64,000 nucleotides of DNA. It comes from an uncultured SAR86 cluster bacterium. GTDB lineage: Bacteria > Pseudomonadota > Gammaproteobacteria > Magnimaribacterales > D2472. The stretch covers positions 6,787-70,786 of the forward strand of contig CACOWI010000007.1 of assembly GCA_902630885.1 (NCBI GenBank), in the 5' to 3' direction. The position numbers were made by a program, and so were the translations under genes. The notes under the pieces are model-generated. The model did not search any database, had not been told where the DNA came from, and saw only the letters and a list, made by a program, of their open reading frames with translations. Below are positions 28,911-39,300 of this stretch, in pieces (the stretch's first letter is position 1; each line of letters starts with the position of its first letter).

Positions 28911-29809
28911 ATCCTCTCTATAAATGAATTTAGTAACTTATAAGCATCCACTTTTTTAGTTCCGCTGAAGACTTCATGCCTTTCATCTTCAAAAATTTTA
29001 ATATCTATATTAATAAAAAATTTTCTTAAAAAATTATATAAAAACATTACTCCCTTTTTAAAGTCACCTACAGGGTCTTCTGAGCCGGATATTATTAAAA
29101 CAGGAATATTTTTGTTTACACTATTATATTTTTTGCTTTTAAAACTATCTTCTATTCCTTGAGCCATATCCATCCATAAACCATTAGTTACTTTGAATCC
29201 ACAAAGTTCATCCTTAACATAATCATCAACATTATTATTATCAGTTGAAATCCAATCGCTTATTGTTCTGTTTGGCTTAAAATAATTATTAAATCTACCT
29301 GTTGTTATTGTTTCCATAACGTTATTGGTGCTGTTTCTGCCATTGAAAAATATGTCTATTTTTATAATTAATTTCTGAGCTGCTATTAGAAATTTAGGGA
29401 ACTTTGAAGATCCAGAAAGAATTAATCCATCAATTTTTAGTTCTTTTTTTAACATTGATAATGCTATCCATGAACCCATGCTATGGGCAAAAAGAAATTG
29501 CTTTAATTCTGGAAAACTATTTTTGGTATCATTAATTAATATTTCATAGTCATTAACTACCAATTCCCAGCCATTTTGACTATCTGAAAACTTGCCAATG
29601 TCATCTTCATTTAAAATTTTCTTACCATGGCCTCTATGATCAACAGCAATCACATGATAACCATCATTATTAAGTTGAGATATAAGCCATTTATACCTTC
29701 CGATATGTTCAGCTTTACCATGGCAAATATGAACTATTCCTTTGGGATCTAAAATGTTTGATAAATGCACATATAAATAGCTATTATCAATGGAGGTGTT
29801 TAAAATCAT
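28907..29809 (-). CDS. Lysophospholipase-like alpha/beta hydrolase
   Basis: 'HGKAEHIGRY', 'DHRGHG', AHSMG, 'RHE'. Confidence 0.85.
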   Translation of the reverse strand: MILNTSIDNSYLYVHLSNILDPKGIVHICHGKAEHIGRYKWLISQLNNDGYHVIAVDHRGHGKKILNEDDIGKFSDSQNGWELVVNDYEILINDTKNSFPELKQFLFAHSMGSWIALSMLKKELKIDGLILSGSSKFPKFLIAAQKLIIKIDIFFNGRNSTNNVMETITTGRFNNYFKPNRTISDWISTDNNNVDDYVKDELCGFKVTNGLWMDMAQGIEDSFKSKKYNSVNKNIPVLIISGSEDPVGDFKKGVMFLYNFLRKFFINIDIKIFEDERHEVFSGTKKVDAYKLLNSFIERI

Positions 29810-29846
29810 AATTTATAATAATAGTATATAAAGTTTTTAAAATATT

Positions 29847-30962
29847 ATGAAAGATATTCATATAGCTGGTACAGGCATTTGGTATCCAGAAGATACAATT
29901 AGTAACGAAGAAATCGTGCTGTCCTTTAACTCATACGTTGATAATTTTAACGATCTTAACAAAGATAAAATTGAAGATGGGAAAATTCAAAAACTTGAAT
30001 ATTCTTCAACAGAGTTTATTGAAAAAGCTTCCGGTATAAAAACAAGACACGTAATTGATAAAAAAAATATCTTAGACATTAATAAAATGATGCCTTCAGT
30101 TGTTCATGAAGACGAATCAAAAATGTCAATACATGCTGAAGTCGGAATTAAAGCAGCAAAAAAAGCTATGAATAATGCTGGAGTTACATCATCTGATATT
30201 GATGCTGTTATATTAGGAACATCTCATGCTGCTAGAAACTATCCATCAGTTGCCATTGAAATACAAAATGAACTTGGAATCGATGGATACGCATACGATA
30301 TGTTGGTTGGGTGTTCTTCAACTACATTTGCTATTAATAATGCTGTTAGCGATATTACTTCCGGTATTGCAAATACCGTACTTGTTATAAATCCAGAAAT
30401 ATCTACTCCATTTGTAAATTATGCTAAAAGAGATATTCATTTTATTTTTGGTGATGGTTGTGTTGCAACAATCGTTTCAAAAAATAATACTTCAAATAAT
30501 AGTTTTAAAGTTATAGATAGAAAATTAATTACAAAGTTTTCTAATAATATAAGAAGTGATTGGAGTTACCTAGCAAGAGCTGCTAGTGATGAAAAATCCT
30601 ATGAAGATTTGCTATTTTATCAAAATGGAAATAGTGTATTTAAAGAGGTTTGTCCAATGGTTGCAAAGTTTATTAACAACCAATTAGAAGAAAATAATCT
30701 TAAGTCTGATGATATTAAAAAGTTTTGGTTACATCAGGCCAATGCGAGAATGGTGAATCTAATAGTTTCTAAGGTAATAGGGTCAGACAATTTTGATACT
30801 TCGCTTGCCCCACTTCCAATAGAAAAATTCGGAAATTTAGCAAGTGCAGGATCGATGTTTGCATTCAATCTTCACAATGATCTCAAATCAGGTGAGAAAG
30901 GTTTGATATGTTCTTTTGGAGCAGGTTATTCAGTTTGTTCAATAATTGTAGAAAAAACATAA
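29847..30962 (+). CDS. Beta-ketoacyl-ACP synthase III (long, PA3286-like type)
   Basis: Cys-His-Asn triad 'VGCSS', 'WLHQAN', 'FGNLASA'; 'SFGAG'. Confidence 0.88.
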   Translation: MKDIHIAGTGIWYPEDTISNEEIVLSFNSYVDNFNDLNKDKIEDGKIQKLEYSSTEFIEKASGIKTRHVIDKKNILDINKMMPSVVHEDESKMSIHAEVGIKAAKKAMNNAGVTSSDIDAVILGTSHAARNYPSVAIEIQNELGIDGYAYDMLVGCSSTTFAINNAVSDITSGIANTVLVINPEISTPFVNYAKRDIHFIFGDGCVATIVSKNNTSNNSFKVIDRKLITKFSNNIRSDWSYLARAASDEKSYEDLLFYQNGNSVFKEVCPMVAKFINNQLEENNLKSDDIKKFWLHQANARMVNLIVSKVIGSDNFDTSLAPLPIEKFGNLASAGSMFAFNLHNDLKSGEKGLICSFGAGYSVCSIIVEKT

Positions 30963-31003
30963 TTAAAATATATTTAAAATAATAAAACATTTATAATTCG
31001 AGC

Positions 31004-31147
31004 ATGGGTGAATACGATGCAGTTTGGGTTTTTCTTATCTCTTTAGTTTTTGTTGGTTTTTATATTTATATAGAAGCAAGGCCAAAAGGCTCAAACTTAT
31101 TTGGGAATATTTCCGATACTATTGGAAGATTTTTTAGAAAAAGATAG
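31004..31147 (+). CDS. Small single-TM protein (47 aa; not in ORF track)
   Basis: MGEYDAVWVFLISLVFVGFYIYIEARPKGSNLFGNISDTIGRFFRKR; stop is 1 nt before the TspO TTG. Confidence 0.6.
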   Translation: MGEYDAVWVFLISLVFVGFYIYIEARPKGSNLFGNISDTIGRFFRKR

Positions 31148-31148
31148 A

Positions 31149-31589
31149 TTGTTTAATAAGAAGTTAAGTGTTTTCATATTTACCTTTCTGGCTCTTATTT
31201 TAGGTGGGTTATCATCATCAAATACTGCCGAAGATATATGGTATCAGGAACTAACGAAGTCATTATTAAATCCGCCTGGTTATGTATTTGGAATCGTTTG
31301 GCCAATTCTTTATGTATTTATGTCAATTTCTGCTTATAGAGCGTTTAATTCAATATACAAAATTTTTTATGTTCAGCTTTTCTTTAATACAATATGGTCT
31401 TGGTTATTTTTTGCATTTAATTTACCTGTAATTGCTCTTATTGATATATGCTTACTTATATTTTTAAATACTAAAATAACGCTTACTCTTTTAAAGATAG
31501 ATAAAATATCAACTTTCTTATACGTGCCTTATGTTCTTTGGTTATGTTTTGCGTCTTACTTAAATCTATTCATTGTTGTTAATAATTAG
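31149..31589 (+). CDS. tspO: TspO/MBR tryptophan-rich sensory protein
   Basis: 'WYQEL.K..LNPPGYVFGIVWPILY', 'QLFFNTIWSWLFF', 'PYVLWLCFA'. Start probably TTG 31149. Confidence 0.88.
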   Translation: MFNKKLSVFIFTFLALILGGLSSSNTAEDIWYQELTKSLLNPPGYVFGIVWPILYVFMSISAYRAFNSIYKIFYVQLFFNTIWSWLFFAFNLPVIALIDICLLIFLNTKITLTLLKIDKISTFLYVPYVLWLCFASYLNLFIVVNN

Positions 31590-32836
31590 ATAAAAATTCC
31601 CACTATGAGGCCGGTCATACATGATGCAAGTGTAGCTCCTACAAGGGCTTTGAATGAAACACTAATTAAGTCATCTTTTCGCTCAGGAGCCATTGCAGTT
31701 ATACCTGAAATCAATATACCTACTGATGATAAATTTGCAAAACCGCACAAACTATAAAATGTAATTAATTTTGATCTATCCGAAAGTTCACCACTTTCTA
31801 AGGCGGCTAATGCAGGATATGCAACAAATTCATTTAATGTTGTTTTAATTCCAAGCAACTCTCCTGCAATTACTGCTTCATCCCAAGGTATACCCATTAA
31901 CCAAGCTATTGGAGCAAAAATATAACCTAAAATTATTTCTATTGATAAATCAAAACCTAGCTGATAAGAAATAGAGCCCAAAATAGAATTAACAATATAA
32001 ACCAATGCAATTACAGCAATAAGAATAGTGCCAACACTTACTGCAATACTTGCTCCATCGGAAGTACCTCTCGTAACGGCATCCATTGTGCTTTTATAAA
32101 CTTTTGGAACTTTATTTTCGTTAAAATCAGTAATTGAATTAGATGGAATCATAATATTTGCATACATAATTGCTGCAGGAACTGATAGAACTGAAGCAGT
32201 AATAAAATGTTGGATTAAGTTCTCATTAATAAAAGCATTTTCTAGAATACTAATAAGTGCCACCATTACTGAACCAGCAACAGTAGCCATGCCAGCTGTC
32301 ATAAGAATTAGTAGTTCTTTATTTGATAATTTTCCAACGTAAGGTCTGACTAATAACGGTGCTTCGACTTGACCGACAAATATATTAGCAGCAGCTCCTA
32401 GACCAACTGGTCCTCCGATGTTAAAAAGTTTTTGACATGCTTTAGATATTAAGTTGACAATAAAAGGCAAGATTCCCCAATACCATAAAATTGCAGATAT
32501 ACATGCCATCACAATAATGTATGGAAGAACTCCAAATGCAAATGTTTCTAGTAGAGATCTATATGGGCTTTCATCATCAGACGGTGGATAACCAAAAACA
32601 AAATTTGCTCCTTCAATAGTTGCTTCTTGAAGAATAACAACTCCATTTCCAAGAACTTCAAATGCGCTTATAACAAAAGGTACTTTTAATAAAATAGCTG
32701 CTAGTAATACCTGAGACAAAATGCCATAAAAGACATATTTGTAATTTATAATCTTATAATTATCTGACAGGGGGACAGCTATAAAAACTAAACCAATAAA
32801 ACCAATAAGTATTTGTAAAAGAGTATAAAAATCCAT
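31586..32836 (-). CDS. Concentrative nucleoside transporter (CNT/NupC family)
   Basis: 'ANIFVGQVEAPL', 'GMATVAGSV', 'LNEFVAY', 'LCGFANLSS'. Confidence 0.92.
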   Translation of the reverse strand: MDFYTLLQILIGFIGLVFIAVPLSDNYKIINYKYVFYGILSQVLLAAILLKVPFVISAFEVLGNGVVILQEATIEGANFVFGYPPSDDESPYRSLLETFAFGVLPYIIVMACISAILWYWGILPFIVNLISKACQKLFNIGGPVGLGAAANIFVGQVEAPLLVRPYVGKLSNKELLILMTAGMATVAGSVMVALISILENAFINENLIQHFITASVLSVPAAIMYANIMIPSNSITDFNENKVPKVYKSTMDAVTRGTSDGASIAVSVGTILIAVIALVYIVNSILGSISYQLGFDLSIEIILGYIFAPIAWLMGIPWDEAVIAGELLGIKTTLNEFVAYPALAALESGELSDRSKLITFYSLCGFANLSSVGILISGITAMAPERKDDLISVSFKALVGATLASCMTGLIVGIFI

Positions 32837-32837
32837 A

Positions 32838-33740
32838 TTAATAAAGTTTTATTTCTTTAAGTCTTTGATCTAAAAAATCGTCTGCAAGAATACCCTCATC
32901 ATTGTCCCTAAAAATTGATTTCAAGTTAATCGATGGAGCTGGATGGAGAAAAAATGGAATACTATATCTAGATTTTGGTTCTGCATCTTCATCTTGTATG
33001 ACTCTATGTGTAGTACTTTTTAATTTCTTATCAGTAATAAGTTGCATCATGTCACCAATATTACAAACAATCGCCTCAGAACTTGGTGCAACTTTAATCC
33101 ATTCACCCTCTTTATTAAGAACTTCGAGGCCACCCTCTTCAGCACCTATTAAGAGAGTTATTAAGTTTATGTCTTCGTGAGCCCTAGCTCTGTGTGGATT
33201 TGACAAAGATTCAACTGGTGGATAATGAATAGATCTTAGTAGTGAATTACCTTTTTCGACCCAAGGAGTAAAAAAGTTATTATCAAGACCAAGAGATAAA
33301 GCAATCACTGATAAAACCCTTGAACCTATTTTGTGTAATTCGCAATAAAGTTCATCAAAATTTTTGTTAAATTCAGGTAACTGTTCGATTATAAGATTTT
33401 TAGGTATTTTTTTATCAAATGAATCATCAACAACTGGTCCATGATGCCAAAATTCTTTTTGGTCTGCTATCTTTTCTCCAACTGCTGTTTCTATTCCTTT
33501 TGGTGTATATCCTCTTGCACCTTTTGATCCAACTGAACTATATGTATTTTTAATTTCATAATTCAAATCAAAAAATGCTTTAGATGATTTGTAACATCTA
33601 TCTACAAGATTCTTCGATAAGCCGTGCTCAGTAATTGAAAAAAATCCATGGTCTGATAAAGCTTCTTTTAGAAGATTAATTGATATAAAGTCGCCTTTTT
33701 CAATTTCTTTGAAGGACAATTCTGGTATTAAGCTACTCAT
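32838..33740 (-). CDS. 2-oxoglutarate/Fe(II) dioxygenase, isopenicillin-N-synthase-like
   Basis: HxD 'AHEDINLITLL', distal His 'STTHRV', RxS 'RYSIPFF'. Confidence 0.88.
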   Translation of the reverse strand: MSSLIPELSFKEIEKGDFISINLLKEALSDHGFFSITEHGLSKNLVDRCYKSSKAFFDLNYEIKNTYSSVGSKGARGYTPKGIETAVGEKIADQKEFWHHGPVVDDSFDKKIPKNLIIEQLPEFNKNFDELYCELHKIGSRVLSVIALSLGLDNNFFTPWVEKGNSLLRSIHYPPVESLSNPHRARAHEDINLITLLIGAEEGGLEVLNKEGEWIKVAPSSEAIVCNIGDMMQLITDKKLKSTTHRVIQDEDAEPKSRYSIPFFLHPAPSINLKSIFRDNDEGILADDFLDQRLKEIKLY

Positions 33741-33745
33741 AATAA

Positions 33746-33768
33746 AAAGGCGGTCTAAAACCGCCTTT
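33746..33768 (-). terminator. Hairpin terminator after OAR-type TBDR
   Basis: AAAGGCGGT-CTAAA-ACCGCCTTT; the minus-strand T tract runs directly into the next ATG. Confidence 0.75.
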
Positions 33769-33787
33769 AAATTATATATAAGTATTA

Positions 33788-36700
33788 TTAGAAATTATAC
33801 TTAATTCCAAGTTGAGCTCTCCAAACACTCTGTGTTGCAGAAAGACTCATGTTATATGGATTATCGAAACTATATCTGAATGCATTTCTACTATAGTCAT
33901 ATCTAGATCCATCAATGATTTTTAAATCAATCACCGGAATCCTGCCAGAGTAATATCCATATCTAATTACACCCTTATCGTCATCAATTAAATTGAGTAA
34001 ATTTTCTATACCAAGTGTTATAACAAACTCATCATCACCTCTAAAACCTGGCAAGATTTGAGTTACCTTGAAGTCTAAAGATGATTGCCATGGGAATCTC
34101 ATAGACCCTCTATCAGCAATTTGTCCAGCCTTACCTTCAAGACCAAAAACATTGTATAAAAGATTTAATACTGCTTCTTCTCTAGCCAAAGCATCAGCAG
34201 ATCCTTCATCTCTGCAGCTTGATGAGTAACAAACTAATGGATCATTTCTTGTAGGTATATATAAAAGAGATGAACTATCATCATTTAAATTATAGTCATA
34301 ACCAAACGCTCTTGCTTTATAGTCACTTGTTCTACCTGTGAAAGTATCAAAAGTTGGATAAGCAGGTAAGCCTGATTTTCTCTCAAATATTAAAGTAAAT
34401 GTAGTTGGTTTATCTGCACCGAAGAAATAGTGTTTAGATCTTAATGTTGCAAGAAGTCTATGTTCAGTTTCATATATTGATGTCATAGCTCTTCTATTAT
34501 TAAAATCAATTGCTCCAGTCTTACCGTAGTTTGAATTAGATGTTGATGATGTCATACCGTTAAGTTCAGTATTATCTTGACCTGTATAACTTAATGATAG
34601 AACAGTATCACCATCTCTGAATGCCTTATTTAAGGTTGCTGAAATAACCTCCCTTTCACCACAGCAATCATTATATAAACCAGCTTTGTATGTCCTTCTC
34701 CCAGTCATGTTGTATATTGGTCTTCCATCAGGAGCAACTTCTGTTGGAACTGTTGGAATATCGCCGTTAAGCGGATATCCAGTGTCTATAACTTTATACA
34801 AAGCTTCTTCTTGTTCAGATTTTAAATATGTAACACTTAAATCCATGTCATATGGCAAATCTCTCTCATATGTAATATTTAAAATTTCTGAATCTGGCCA
34901 CTCGAAACTTGGCGCAATAAAATCAATCTTTGAGCTAGTTAACGGAGCATCAGTTATAGCTTGTTGAACGCAAGCTGGCAAGCCAGAACCAGCTGAGGTT
35001 AATGGATTGCATCCAGCTGGCGCATAGCTGCTGTTATAAGCAGATACTCTAACACCATCATTTGTATAAGCATTAGATATCCATACAGTGGGTAATTTTG
35101 ATGAATATGTTCCATAAGTAACATTAATATCACTTACGTCATCGATAACATAATCAACACCAAATCTTATATTTGTTAGACTTGCTCCATCAATACCGCC
35201 ATTTGCAAATCCGTATGTAGATTTAAAATCTGCATTTAATGATGGATCATCATCAGAATCATATTCATCATATCTAATACCAGCTGTTAAAGTTAATCTA
35301 TCTGATAAAGTATATTCATCCATGACATACATTGAAGTTAAACCATAATCAAAAATTGCTGCAGCATCATCAACATTTCCCGATTTAGCATTATTTGCAC
35401 TAAATGAACTTGCAACTCCTGCTTCATAATCTGCTAATGAGTCAAACTCCCATTCACCATCTTGAGCAACAATAAATACGTTATAAATATCATAGGTTGT
35501 ATTTTCAAATCCGGCTGTAATCTTGTGATCACCTGTATAGTATGTAAGCTTACCTTTAAAGTAGTCTGTTTCTGTGGCCAATGCATTTGCACTTCTGTAT
35601 ATATCAGCACCAAGATAAACTCTCATACCATAAGCATCATCAATATAAAAATTAGGAACATTTTGGCCTGCAGGTGAGTTTTGACTAGTATCAGTACTTT
35701 TTGTTGAATAATAAATCTCAGAGATTAAGTTATCAGACCAATCTGACACTAATAATATACTTGAAGTATCAGTTTCCTCCCCTTTAAAATAAGATGCTGA
35801 CTCAAAATAGAAACTTGAATTACTTCCTTCAGCTCTTAAACGATCCCCTTCAGTGTTTTTGTAGTTATAAGTAACCCTATGACTATCATTAATTATCCAA
35901 TCGATTCTTAATGATGTATTTTCTTGCTGTGACTCTGTTGTAGTTGCCACACCCAACGGATCCCATCCATATTTTGTTTTAGTGAGGTTTCTTATGTAAT
36001 CAACCTGTTGCAATGTAATTGCTTGTTCATTTGCTGCTCCGGATCCAGCAGGACCATAAAGGACAGGATTGGTTACTGTTGATTCTTCATATGTAAAATA
36101 GAAGAATGCTTTATCTTTGATAATTGGACCACCAAAGGTAAAACTTTCAGCTGTATCTTCTTTATCAAAAGTGTATTTTTTACCTTCAATTTTATCTCCA
36201 TAAAATTGATCGCCACGATCATAAAAACCAACACTTCCTTCAAATTCGTTCGTACCACCTTTTGTTACAAACTCAATGATTCCCCCTCTGAAATTTGAGT
36301 ATTCAACAGATGCAGGAGCAACTTTCACTGACATTTGTTCAATTGAATCTAAGTTGATTGGGCTTCTTTGAGATGGATATCCATTATCATTTAAACCAAA
36401 ATCGTCGTTAAAAGAAACACCGTCAACTTTAATATCATTACTTCTTGGGTGTGCTCCACCAATTGAAATACTTGCATATTCTTCTTCAGTGTCATCCAGC
36501 GAAACTAATGGATTTAATTTAATTAAATCTTTGATGTCTCTTGTTATCGATGGTGTATCTTGGATAGTTTGTGCATCTATAGTCGATGAGAATCCAAGAC
36601 CATCATCTGCAGTTACTCGTTGAGCAGTAACAACAACATCGTCAACAGATTCTGCTGAATTTAAGACAAAGGATAGTCTTGATGTTTCACCAACAACTAG

Positions 36701-36979
36701 ACTTGTAGTAACTTCATCAGATAGAAGACCAGCAGCAGATACCTTAATTGTATATGGTCCACCAGGCCTCAAACCACCTGCAAAATATTTACCAGATGAA
36801 TCAGTTGTTCTGGTTACAACTGTATTGGTAGGTTCGTAAGTAATCTCAACTTGAGCTCCACTAACAGAACCATCTGCAGAAGAAACTGATCCGGTTATAT
36901 CCGATGTGAGTTCTTGTGAGTTAAGGTTTGGTAAGAGAAAAATTGAGAATAGAGAGATTTTTAAAAAATTCCGTATCAT
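33788..36979 (-). CDS. TonB-dependent receptor, OAR-like with N-terminal carboxypeptidase-regulatory-like domain
   Basis: Signal peptide; 'GLRPGGPYTI', 'NDDFGLN', 'TKGGTNEF.GS'; C-terminal 'QLGIKYNF'; AGGGG RBS before ATG 36979. Confidence 0.9.
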   Translation of the reverse strand: MIRNFLKISLFSIFLLPNLNSQELTSDITGSVSSADGSVSGAQVEITYEPTNTVVTRTTDSSGKYFAGGLRPGGPYTIKVSAAGLLSDEVTTSLVVGETSRLSFVLNSAESVDDVVVTAQRVTADDGLGFSSTIDAQTIQDTPSITRDIKDLIKLNPLVSLDDTEEEYASISIGGAHPRSNDIKVDGVSFNDDFGLNDNGYPSQRSPINLDSIEQMSVKVAPASVEYSNFRGGIIEFVTKGGTNEFEGSVGFYDRGDQFYGDKIEGKKYTFDKEDTAESFTFGGPIIKDKAFFYFTYEESTVTNPVLYGPAGSGAANEQAITLQQVDYIRNLTKTKYGWDPLGVATTTESQQENTSLRIDWIINDSHRVTYNYKNTEGDRLRAEGSNSSFYFESASYFKGEETDTSSILLVSDWSDNLISEIYYSTKSTDTSQNSPAGQNVPNFYIDDAYGMRVYLGADIYRSANALATETDYFKGKLTYYTGDHKITAGFENTTYDIYNVFIVAQDGEWEFDSLADYEAGVASSFSANNAKSGNVDDAAAIFDYGLTSMYVMDEYTLSDRLTLTAGIRYDEYDSDDDPSLNADFKSTYGFANGGIDGASLTNIRFGVDYVIDDVSDINVTYGTYSSKLPTVWISNAYTNDGVRVSAYNSSYAPAGCNPLTSAGSGLPACVQQAITDAPLTSSKIDFIAPSFEWPDSEILNITYERDLPYDMDLSVTYLKSEQEEALYKVIDTGYPLNGDIPTVPTEVAPDGRPIYNMTGRRTYKAGLYNDCCGEREVISATLNKAFRDGDTVLSLSYTGQDNTELNGMTSSTSNSNYGKTGAIDFNNRRAMTSIYETEHRLLATLRSKHYFFGADKPTTFTLIFERKSGLPAYPTFDTFTGRTSDYKARAFGYDYNLNDDSSSLLYIPTRNDPLVCYSSSCRDEGSADALAREEAVLNLLYNVFGLEGKAGQIADRGSMRFPWQSSLDFKVTQILPGFRGDDEFVITLGIENLLNLIDDDKGVIRYGYYSGRIPVIDLKIIDGSRYDYSRNAFRYSFDNPYNMSLSATQSVWRAQLGIKYNF

Positions 36980-37054
36980 AATAAAACACACCCCTATATG
37001 TGATAATTAAGTTATACAGATAATATATATCAAAATTCCAATAAGGACTATTAG

Positions 37055-37076
37055 ATTTTTGTAAATTTTTTGTGAA
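37055..37076 (-). promoter_or_regulatory. Pho-box-like 11-bp-period direct repeat upstream of OAR-type TBDR
   Basis: Minus strand TTCACAAAAAA-TTTACAAAAAT; weak because the context is AT-rich. Confidence 0.3.
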
Positions 37077-37096
37077 GTTTAAATTAATACCTAATT

Positions 37097-38056
37097 TCAA
37101 TATTTGTAAGATATCGAATTAAGGTTAGCGCCATTGATATCTTTTATTTTTATTTGAATGATATTTTCAAAAATTTCTAAAACACTATAGTTTTCTTGTG
37201 GATATGTTTCACCAATTAGGTACTTATCAATCTCATCAAAGGATGATCCTGGTTTATTCATTGAGGAAGATGTTACTTCTAATATTCCGTTTTTCCTATA
37301 TATCCCCGCACGATGCCTATCACCTGAAAATAGAATTGTTTTATCACTAAATTTATCAATAAGATTAAGAAGTTTATATCTTTCATTTGGAAAGTTACTC
37401 CATTTCTCAAATCGATGATCTTCAGCAATAATTTGTATAGAACTAAAAATAAATAAAAAATCAAAATCATCATTAAGCTCATTCTCAAACCAAATCCATT
37501 GATCATTACCTAAAATCGTTGCATCAGGTTCAATGTTTTCAATATAGTTACTTTTTGCACCCTTTAATTTTGATCTAAAAAATCTTGTATCAAGAAAGAT
37601 AAATTTAAATTTTTTATCGAAAAAAACTTCATTTTTTGAGAAATATATTCCATCACGTTTTGATCTATCATCATCTTTTGATATTTCCCAAAAATCTAAA
37701 TAGAGTTTTTGAGCTTGTCTCTTAAATCTATAATCGGCACCGCCATCATTTTTTCCAAAGTCATGATCATCCCAAATCGAAAAAATGTAGATATCACTTA
37801 AAAAATCTGGCAAAACTTTTTTTTGTTTATCATAAGCATTTTTCATTTTTCTCAGTGATCCACTAGGAGTATCTCCGTAAACGTTATCACCTAAAAAAAT
37901 AAAATAATTTAAGTCTTCCTTTTGGATAGATTGCCATATGGGCTGAGGATAATCTTGATCAAGGCATGATCCGAGACCAATCTTTATTGATTCTGCATGA
38001 ATAACGTTCGCACTAAGGACTAAAAATAAAAAAAAGCTTAAAAAATTTTTTTTCAA
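37097..38056 (-). CDS. phoD: Alkaline phosphatase D family protein
   Basis: 'GDNVYGD', 'WDDHD', 'LDTR', 'SGDRH'; signal peptide. Confidence 0.85.
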   Translation of the reverse strand: MKKNFLSFFLFLVLSANVIHAESIKIGLGSCLDQDYPQPIWQSIQKEDLNYFIFLGDNVYGDTPSGSLRKMKNAYDKQKKVLPDFLSDIYIFSIWDDHDFGKNDGGADYRFKRQAQKLYLDFWEISKDDDRSKRDGIYFSKNEVFFDKKFKFIFLDTRFFRSKLKGAKSNYIENIEPDATILGNDQWIWFENELNDDFDFLFIFSSIQIIAEDHRFEKWSNFPNERYKLLNLIDKFSDKTILFSGDRHRAGIYRKNGILEVTSSSMNKPGSSFDEIDKYLIGETYPQENYSVLEIFENIIQIKIKDINGANLNSISYKY

Positions 38057-39300
38057 TTTACTTTTATTTCATTTGATCCAAAATATTGCTCGAGACAACT
38101 TGGAATATTGATAGTATCTTTACCATCAAAATTATTTTCTATTAAGGCAATTAAGCATCTGCCGACTGCAAGTCCTGATCCATTAATTGTATGGACAAAA
38201 TTATTTCCATCCTTGGATTTATATTTAATATTCGATCTCCTAGCTTGGAAGTCTGTAAAATTTGAACAAGATGAAATCTCTCTATACTTATTTTGACTTG
38301 GCATCCAAACTTCAATATCGAATGTTTTTGCAGAGGAAAAACCTAGATCACCAGAACAAAGTTCAACTATTTGATAAGGAAGTTCTAATTTATTAAGAAT
38401 TTCACAAGCATTGTTAAGAAGAGTTTCAAGACAATTCATTGAATCACTTGGATGTGTAATTTGTACAAGTTCAATTTTTTCAAACTGATGTTGTCTTATA
38501 AGACCTCTTGTATCTTTTCCATAACTGCCTGCCTCTGATCTAAAGCATGGAGTATGAGATGTAACCTTTACAGGTAAGTCTTTTTCATTAAGAAATTCAT
38601 CTCTAAATAAATTAGTCAAGGGAACTTCAGCAGTAGGAATAAGGTATAGTTTGTCTGAGGCCTTAAATAGATCTTCTTCAAATTTAGGTAATTGGCCGGT
38701 TCCAGTTAATGATTCTTCGTTTGCCATAAACGGAACATAATATTCTTTATAGCCATTATTGATGGCGCAATCGATCATGAAGGATATTAACGAGCGCTGC
38801 AGTTTAGCTAAATCTCCTTTCAAAACAGCAAATCTTGATCCAGATAATTTTGCAGCTAATTCGGTATCTATTTTTTTTGTAATCTCTAAATGATCTTGAG
38901 TGTTATTAGTTTTAATTTCACCATGTTGACTTATAACTTTATTATCTTCTTCAGATGATCCTATTGGAACAGAATCATCTGGAATGTTTGGCATATCTAA
39001 CAACAAACTATTTAACTTGCTTAAGACTTCTTGAAGGTCAGCATCTTTGTTCTCTAAATCAGAATTTTTTTCATCTATAATCTTTTTTAAATCTGAAGTA
39101 TCTTTACCTGAAGCTTTTAGCTTTCCAAATTCTGACGAGAGTTGTTTTCTTTCAGCTTGAAGACCTTCTACATCAACTTGAAGCTCTTTCCTTGAATCAT
39201 CTAAAGATTTAAAAGAAGATTCATCTAGATCATATCCTCGCTTTTTTAACGCAATTTTTATGTCTTCTAAATTATCTCTTAATTTTTTAATGTCTATCAT
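38053..39300 (-). CDS. serS: Serine--tRNA ligase
   Basis: 'LIPTAEVPL', 'FRSEAGS.G.DTRGLIRQHQF', 'EISSCSN', 'TINGSGLAVGR'. Confidence 0.98.
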   Translation of the reverse strand: MIDIKKLRDNLEDIKIALKKRGYDLDESSFKSLDDSRKELQVDVEGLQAERKQLSSEFGKLKASGKDTSDLKKIIDEKNSDLENKDADLQEVLSKLNSLLLDMPNIPDDSVPIGSSEEDNKVISQHGEIKTNNTQDHLEITKKIDTELAAKLSGSRFAVLKGDLAKLQRSLISFMIDCAINNGYKEYYVPFMANEESLTGTGQLPKFEEDLFKASDKLYLIPTAEVPLTNLFRDEFLNEKDLPVKVTSHTPCFRSEAGSYGKDTRGLIRQHQFEKIELVQITHPSDSMNCLETLLNNACEILNKLELPYQIVELCSGDLGFSSAKTFDIEVWMPSQNKYREISSCSNFTDFQARRSNIKYKSKDGNNFVHTINGSGLAVGRCLIALIENNFDGKDTINIPSCLEQYFGSNEIKVN

